Positions 49,299-56,585 of a stretch of 56,585 nt of DNA are shown here, one piece after another. The first letter of the stretch is position 1. Each line of letters opens with the position of its first letter. Source of the DNA: Catajapyx aquilonaris. Its lineage: Eukaryota. The notes under the pieces are model-generated. The model made no database searches. It had not been told where the DNA came from and worked only from the letters and a program-made list of their open reading frames with translations. The stretch is taken from contig KZ538130.1 in assembly GCA_000934665.2 (NCBI GenBank), positions 62,001 through 118,585 of the forward strand, given 5' to 3'. The translations under genes and the position numbers were made by a program.

Positions 49299-49540
49299 CT
49301 AGCTGCGGCACCCGGCGTTTACCCGGGAAGAAATGAATGTAGGGAAAACACCTGCCAGCCAGTACCCCCGTCAACTGTCTGTCTTTCTGTGTGTCCGCCC
49401 ACCAATATCATCTGTGGTCCTGCTACTCCAACACCTTCAACCTCTCCCGGCTTGGGGGTGGAGCACAGATGGCAGGTAAATGACGGTTGGCAGGCGGACA
49501 GACAGACAGACAGACTCACAAACGGCTTTATTTAAATAGA
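49299..49540 (-). mobile_element. Helitron-like element family H1, internally deleted
   Basis: Reverse complement of the H1 ends: A|CTAGCTGCGGCACCCGGCG ... TTTAAATAGA|T. Confidence 0.9.
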
Positions 49541-51404
49541 TGATAGGGCCACCATTTTTTTAAATCGAATTTTTCTCAAATTTCCTTAATCACCGGGAAG
49601 GCTGCTATAGGAATGATATGGCTAACCGTCCGTCATTCATTCTATACAAGACCGCCCCTGTCACATGTTAACCTCTTTCTGTGGTTATAACATTGCCGTC
49701 CGTGTTGGAACACATCATAAGCACACAAGAGTATGAGACCACCAGCACCAGTGCAACATATATGCCTACCACCGGCAGGTAGACCATAAAGAACTAACCA
49801 GTTTGCTTTGAAGTAATGGAAGTCCATTATAAAAAGCTGCTCAAAAACCTTTGAAGGGGAGTGATGTTCATTTACGATTAGACTAGCAAGTGTTTCAGAG
49901 AGGTGGCGCTGATCTCGCAGGCGTTAAGTAACGTTAATACAATTTATAAACTGACAACATATTACTCAAAAAAGACGCGAGCTCAAATGTGACTTGAGTA
50001 TTCTCGTTTTCCTATTACTTTCCTCATGTCAACAAATGCTCAGCGGAGCTGTAAGCGCCTTTTTTTCACTATGTTCCGACTTTTTAACAAGGGCTTTCGA
50101 GTGGGATGAGGAGGCTTAGAACGTTATAAATTCTTTTCTGAGAGCCTTTTGAAATTTTATGCGCGATATTATTGATGTCGTGCTTATGAAAATGGTGGCG
50201 TTTGTGAACACTGTTATTGTTGTAAAAATTCCGGTGTATAATCAAGATCTTTGTGCGCAGTATTTGCTGCAAACATGATGAAAGATGAGATCTAACTGAA
50301 TTGCGTTTTAATCGTGGTTTTAGGCCAGATTTACTATTTATGTTTTCTCTTTCGGATGGTACAGGCGATGGCATCATTTAGGGTATATGTAACGGTCCAT
50401 TAGGATCTGCTGAATAATTTGACGCAGGTCATTATGCAATCCCAAAAAATCTAAAAATTATGGGAAAAACGGGTTCTGATATGTGAGACCTTGGGCCCAC
50501 CCTACATGACATAATGATCTGAAAATTCCTATCATATCAGGAAGATAAGGTTGCTAAATATATATCCGCGTGTTATTAAAAAACGGGAGTTCAAAGTACA
50601 TCCATCATATGAAGCAGTTTCATAATAAAAGATATCCTAATATAACAATGATTAGAACTGCGCACACAATAGCCTATGATAAAATTGTGGTGCAGAATAC
50701 CCTGATGCGAAAGGGACTTATGTGACATGCATTTAATTATTTGATAGGTCCTCTCTGCCTGCGCTACATCACCGCTCCATACATTTACAGTATATATAAA
50801 CTAGGAGTATGCATACTGTATACCCTGTATATGGAGGTGACTAATTAAATCGCAAAAAGGAGGGAAACCCGCTCAAAGTGCACTTTTTAGCCAAATGGGT
50901 ATTTGACATTTGATATGCTACTGCCCCATAAATATTTGAGTCGATTTTAGACCAACACTTCGGAAGTGGTAGAGAGTAGTCCTTTTGAGGTCGTTTATGG
51001 TGGCATATGGCGATATTCGCAAGAGTGCATTGGAACAGCTGATGTGGTTTTTTGATGGTCGATTTTGTAATCGGACACACTTCCCTGTCTATTGTGGCCT
51101 GACAAATAACGGATAAAAATCTGCGTCATATTTTGCTCACACGAAATTGAAGATGACATTAATAGCTCAAGTCTCCAGCTAGCACAAAATTTTGTATGGG
51201 AATGATACACACCTACGTTTCTGACGAGTTGATGTCATTTCGGTGTAACTGCTCCGGTTTCACTTAGATGTCGTGGGCAAACAAGAGAAATCCACTGTCT
51301 AAGAACCCAGTGTCCAACTAATCCAAGACAAAGATTTGACCTTGCACCTTGATAGTAACGACAAAAAAATCTTGGCTTTCTGGCTCATTATGAAGCCTTA
51401 TGAC

Positions 51405-52067
51405 TAGACTCCGGATTTTTAGGTACAAAAAAACCTCAAATAGCCACAAAAAGTTTACTTTTTTGGGCATATGGAGGATAATGTTACAGAATATAAAAAA
51501 GCCAGAATAATTTTATAGGCCTAAAGTATAAATATGAGGTCACAAACCAGAGCAGAAATCAAATAACAACGATCAACTGAGACATAATTACAAAACTTGG
51601 GCAAAAGACAAAGTGCAAGCAATTTATCACTTGCTCTGGACTCTACCGCAATTATAGCCAGTTTCCATTTGCACAATATGTTAAAATTTAGAAAAATATT
51701 TCATGTGTCACGGAAACATGATTCGTAGTATTACTTCTGAACGATTTTGATCCTTTCAGGAGCACAAAAAAATACTCCTCAAAAAACCAAACATGCCTCT
51801 GAAGGAATAGGCCCCAAAAGTCCCGAAATTACTGCAAAAAGTTCAAAAACTATCCCAAAAAAGGCCAAATAGGCATGAAAAGTCGTAAAAAGGCAGAATA
51901 GGCAAAATAGTTCCCAAAACCACGAAATCATATAGGCCATTTTATGCACTATAAAACCTACATTTTCTACATCCTCATACACTCTTATGAAACGGATAGA
52001 TCTCTTCACAAAACGATCCCAACTGTACAGGTAATAAATAGGCATTTGCCTAAATATCCGGACCCTA
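51405..52067. mobile_element. Non-autonomous hAT-like element
   Basis: Perfect 8-bp TSD CTTATGAC (51397-51404 / 52068-52075); TIR TAGACTCCGGATTTTTAGG / CCTAAATATCCGGACCCTA; ATAGGC subterminal motifs. Confidence 0.8.
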
Positions 52068-52910
52068 CTTATGACTAAATTTACATTTATTTAATTTTAC
52101 TTTAAACAAATTATTTAGAACGCCACCTGCTGGTGTAAATAACTCAAAACTACATAGGGTCGACCTGGTAAATTTTTCCTGCAAGTTGCACGTGCAATTT
52201 TAAATTAAGTATTAAAATGTGTCAAATTCCCCTTTTCAAACGCACAATTATTGGAGACCCAGGAAATATTCCGCTACCAAAAAAATATTGGCCACAGAAC
52301 CAAGCCCAGTTCCAATCAGGCTTCAAATATTGTGAACTTCGCCATTGCAGGTAGGGGGGTTGGGCGAATTCCATAGTGTGACGTCATCAGTGGGACATGC
52401 TGGCTGACCGAGACGGACCACTTTTACTGCATTATGCAAATACGAATTCCATGCGGGGCCTTTATCAACTGTGACGGTTTGGTTGGGGCTGATAAGCAAG
52501 AGGCCAGTATACCCCTCTGAGGATTGGAATTTCCAAGTCGGACTGGGCCATAGCTATGATAAGCTTCCACTGGGACTACACCCCACTACACTGTACAGTT
52601 CACTTTTCATGAGGATCATCCTCGTCATTTTCCGCGCAGTTTCAATCCGGGCCCATCCATGCATATATCCCAAGCCTTCTACTTTTGCCCGGCTCAAACA
52701 AGTTGCAAAATTGAGTGGAAATTCCTCGATTTTTTTTTTTTTTAAAAAAAGTGTGTGCACATGTTTCACGTTGAACAATATCCACAATTAGTTCATTGCG
52801 CGCTCTATTATTCAGACCCGTTCGTAGAAAAGGGCGATAGGTATTCCATCTATTAGTGCTTTTCTAAAGTTCTATTACAATAATATTTTCAACAAGGGGT
52901 TAACCATTTC

Positions 52911-53273
52911 GATACCTACAGTGGTACTCCCAGGTACTCCTTAGATACCTACAGTGGTACTCCCAGGTACTCCTTAGATACCTTACTCTTTGGTACTCCC
53001 AGGTACTCCTTAGATACCTTACTCTTTGGTATTCCTAGATACCTTACTCTTTGGTACTCCCAGGTACTCCTTAGATACCTTACTCTTTGGTACTCCTAGG
53101 TACTCCTTAGATACCTTACTCTTTGGTACTCCCAGGTACTCCTTAGATACCTTACTCTTTGGTACTTCCAGGTACTCCTTAGATACCTTACTCTTTGGTA
53201 CTCCCAGGTACTCCTTAGATACCCTTACTCTTTGGTACTCCTTAGATCCCTTACTCTTTGGTACTCCCAGGTA
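52911..53273. repeat. 36-bp minisatellite, ~10 units including shorter variants
   Basis: Unit TGGTACTCCCAGGTACTCCTTAGATACCTTACTCTT. Confidence 0.92.
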
Positions 53274-53419
53274 CAAGGGGTTATCAACTCCCTGGAACCT
53301 GTGTACACCCTGGCCAAGGAACCAAGTGGAACCGGCTAGGAACCAGCCTGGAACCGGATGGAACCTGCTCCCGGTTCCAGTATCTGGTGTACACTTTTTT
53401 GGGAGTTGCTAACCCCTTG
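53274..53419. mobile_element. Nested CAAGGGG-ended MITE
   Basis: CAAGGGGTTA ... TAACCCCTTG with perfect 8-bp TSD CCCAGGTA; GGAACC motifs. Confidence 0.88.
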
Positions 53420-53507
53420 CCCAGGTACTCCTTAGGTACCTTACTCTTGGGTACTCCTTGGTACTCCAGTGTACACTTTACAGTCGAGTGACCCCTTGAT
53501 TTTGCAG

Positions 53508-53713
53508 GTTCCATTTTCAAAAAGTGGTGTTGGTCTACGAGAAGGACGACTACAGCGTAGCATCTGGAGAGCAAACCTGCAAGATGTTGATGTCCACTAT
53601 GGTCGAATTCATGAGAAAATCAAATGTCAGCTACGTCCCTTGGGACCTAGAACAAGACAAAAACCTAGGCTACAAGATCAACCTGGAGAAGAAAGTGGGC
53701 CTCGACTATGCCA
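53508..53713 (+). CDS. Receptor gene, coding exon 4 (gene continues beyond the window)
   Basis: TTTTGCAG| acceptor; FHFQKVVLVYEKDDYSVASGEQTCKMLMSTMVEF...GLDYA in frame with exon 3; donor A|GTGAGT (phase 1). Confidence 0.88.
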
Positions 53714-55060
53714 GTGAGTTCTCCATTTTCTTTTGTTCCTTCAGGCCAATATTATTCTCCCTCCACTTCCAAAAAAAACTAGAAAAAAAAAACTAGAAAA
53801 CGACCCTCTGCTTTTGCGTCGACACGTTCCGGAGGATGCACTTCGTCAAAGTTCCTCCAACTTCGTCTTCAAGAGCCAAGCAAGCATGTTTGTTTGCTCC
53901 TGCCATACCTAGTACCGGCCATTTCCACTCGGAGCAGCCTTACATCCACCACATTACAGTACAAAACTGGGCTCATAGATGGCGTTCAATACTAGTTCCG
54001 CACATTCACCACATTTATTGACTGTACTTTCAACTGCAGTACATACCATGCGAAATCTGTACAGCAATTTTTTTACCTAACATCACAATAGTCATATACG
54101 CTTATCAGTCATGTGTGTTCTACTGGATAATTTTTTTGCGCGCGAATTCATCGTCGAAATTACGTACCAGTCGGGACGGAATTAATGTGATCTTTTATGG
54201 TCTAACGCATTCATCTACCCCCAGCTCTTTGATTGAATCGGCATAAAAAAATGGGTTGAAATATTGCTTCAAGCTTCACTTTTTTTGGGTAGGCCCTGGA
54301 ATTAAAGCCTAAGGGTATCTGCCAAATTTATGAGGGGTGATCAATCAAGTGTGTCATCCCTTGGTGAGTGCGTCAATAAGCTTAGACCAGGCGCAGAAAG
54401 GCTTCTTTTCTCTATTCCCGAGTTTTAGCCTCTGATCGCTGAATAAAATCGCAAAAAAAAAATGTGCGTGCTTTTTTTTTCTTCTTCTTCTTCAAGAAGC
54501 CATGTTTCAAGCTAGAAACTCGTAGCAGCTGCTATTATGAGATACAGGAGACGCAGCTTCAAATTATGATAATGAGCCAAAGTCGGAAGAAGTAACAGCT
54601 GCAGGTGGAATAAATTATAATCATCTTGGTTTTTTTTCTTCACCTGAGGAAAATACAGGGAGGTAACGATACCATGTTACTATTGCGCCCGGATTGTTTC
54701 CGCAGAGCAACAATGAGAGACAGGAGGAAAAACGGAAAGGGAATTGGTGGTTTGTTCTTGTCACTCCGGGAAGAAACCGCTGCCGCTGAAGGAAACGTCG
54801 TCGTTAGAGAGTCGGATTGTAATTGTCCTTTCCGCTGAATGCACCGCTCTATTCTCTAATCAAAAGGGCTCGTTACTTATTTGCTTCGTACTTTCAGGCC
54901 GGGTTGCACTTATTTGCGGCTTTCTGGGACTTCAGAAAACTCCCATATTTATTTGCTATTTTACTACCTTAGTAAGTGCCAGAAAGCCGCAAATAAGTAT
55001 TAATTTATTTCTCGCAAAGTACGACGAGTTCAGCAAATTCGTATGGCATGGTTCTTTATT

Positions 55061-55488
55061 CCTCACATTTTCACGCATTTCGTAATTAAATCAGCCCATG
55101 GTCTTATAATACTAAGGTCTGGTCACTCCCTCTTATCGCCTGCAAGAGGTGCTCACTTGAAAGCGCCATGAGACCGCTTTTCACTGCTACATTATGTGGC
55201 GACTCTGCCGGACCGCGCTGAACTTAGGTAGAAGGGATTCAAGGGAAGCCGCTACATGCGAGCCCAACATGGCCGCTGTCGACCATGTTGGGTCCCCCAA
55301 TGTAGCGCTTCCCTTTACCTATAAAGTTCAGCGCGGTCCGGTAGGGTCGCCACATAATGTAGCAGTGAAAAGCTGTATCATGGCGCTCTCAAGTGAGCAC
55401 CTCATGCAGGCGATAAGAGGGAGTGACCAGACCTTAGTATTATAAGACCATGGGCTGATTTAATTACGAAATGCGTGAAAATGTGAGG
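55061..55488. mobile_element. 428-bp foldback element
   Basis: Outer 84 bp of the arms are perfect reverse complements; the inner arms are diverged but still pair to the centre (~55278). Confidence 0.85.
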
Positions 55489-56101
55489 CGATACGATAAG
55501 ATAATAGGGGTAGTGTCCGGGGATTGAATCAGGCTAACAGTTGGTCGGCAGTACTAGGATTTCCAATTTTATAGCATTTTTTGGAAATTAATTTGTGGAC
55601 TTCTAGACAAGTAAAATGGTTCCAGACACATTCAAAGTGTTTTCTTTGAACGTGGTAAGTATAGGTTAGTATTAATTTGTCTAATATCTTGTACGTATCT
55701 TCGAAGTATACGCTTAAGTCAAAATCTACGTGGTTCGGGCCTATCTGGTAGCAAAGGGGTTAAGTCTGAAAATAAGATGCAATCACTGAAATGTGATGTA
55801 TCTCCATCTTCCCACTAGAGTAAGCTTTCCTGAAGTGGTTTCTTCCTTCCTTCGTGTGTGATTTATATGCACAACTACAAGAAATCATCCCCCCCCCCCA
55901 CCCCTGCCCGTCCTATACGTATATAGGATGCTAGGAACAAATGGGTTAACTTTGGAACTGACCAGTTACTGTACCGGTACTTTTTAATAGGCAAATTTAT
56001 ATAAAACCTTGAGGGCCCCTGGAATAACGACTAAAAGTGATCTTTACTAAAGCAATGAAGCTACCCAGTGGGCATTCTGAGCATACATCATTGTAGGTTA
56101 A

Positions 56102-56228
56102 TGCCCGATTGCACCAACGAAATTACCGATTCGATAGCTCCTAACAGATCGTTAGCACACTTTAAAAGGGCTCCTAACCATCCATTAGGAGCTATCGGTT
56201 CGGTAATTTCGGTTGGTGCAATCGGGCA
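56102..56228. mobile_element. PIF/Harbinger-type MITE
   Basis: TAA|TGCCCGATTGCACCAAC ... GTTGGTGCAATCGGGCA|TAA (direct 3-bp TSD). Confidence 0.8.
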
Positions 56229-56258
56229 TAAGTCTTTCCAGTTGCAGCGAGGTAGGTC

Positions 56259-56385
56259 TATAGATCGGTCAATATATGAACGCAACCGAGTGGCGGATTT
56301 TATTATAGGAAGGAATACAGTTTGTAATAAAATTCCTGTAATAAAATTGGCCACTCGGTTGCGTTCGTATAGTGACCGATCTATA
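56259..56385. mobile_element. Palindromic MITE
   Basis: TATAGATCGGTCAATATATGAACGCAACCGAGTGGC ... GCCACTCGGTTGCGTTCGTATAGTGACCGATCTATA. Confidence 0.75.
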
Positions 56386-56585
56386 ATAGCATGCAGTACA
56401 AAATCCACTGAGAAAATGTACGTAAAATGGGGCAAAGTTAAAGGGACACTCCACTCAAAATACAAGTTGGATTCTAAAAATCGGGCGGAAAATCCTGATT
56501 CCGAGGGTATAAGCAGTTTTCCTGAGAGACGAACGGTAAGGCCAGGACGAGCCGTCAAAGTTCGGAAATTTGAATCTGGCGCAAA

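Larger units (their letters stand above)
52893..53498. mobile_element. CAAGGGG-ended MITE with expanded minisatellite and a nested relative
   Basis: CAAGGGGT ... ACCCCTTG; TSD ATTTTCAA / ATTTTGCA (6/8); same family as 28207. Confidence 0.8.

Noticed and set aside
53019..53412. ORFs with 12-aa repeats
   Set aside because: Translations of the 36-bp minisatellite inside a MITE.
54808..54900. SRIVIVLSAEC as the next receptor exon
   Set aside because: It resembles the expected IVILC strand, but there is no polypyrimidine tract and the downstream motifs (IR.IML.A, GEYVF) are missing.

Overview
This is eukaryotic (animal, most likely arthropod) genomic DNA from a draft assembly with N gaps, most beside poly-G runs. 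There are no operons, CRISPR arrays, rRNA or true tRNA genes. The only protein-coding gene I can support is on the + strand: four spliced exons (42668-42888, 42952-43160, 48978-49149, 53508-53713). They join in one open frame (269 codons plus 1 nt) encoding a signal peptide and most of the extracellular ANF-receptor ligand-binding domain of a natriuretic-peptide-receptor / receptor guanylyl cyclase-like protein; the gene continues beyond the window. The rest is intergenic or intronic DNA packed with non-autonomous elements: tRNA-derived SINEs of at least four types, Helitron-like elements, and Tc1/mariner-, hAT/P-, piggyBac- and Harbinger-type MITEs, often nested. Nearly all other ORFs in the track are chance frames in repeats. 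I found no clearly new protein-coding system. The best leads are structural: (1) inverted Helitron copies flanking exon 3 (circRNA/editing candidate); (2) repeated signs that inverted repeats extend into, or overwrite, their flanks; (3) a 73-bp hairpin inside a SINE Pol III head; (4) a covarying 3' stem-loop shared by several SINE families; (5) a minisatellite-bearing MITE inserted 9 bp from a splice acceptor; (6) candidate 5' UTR exons with start-stop uORFs. All coordinates were counted by eye and superfamily calls rest on termini/TSDs only.
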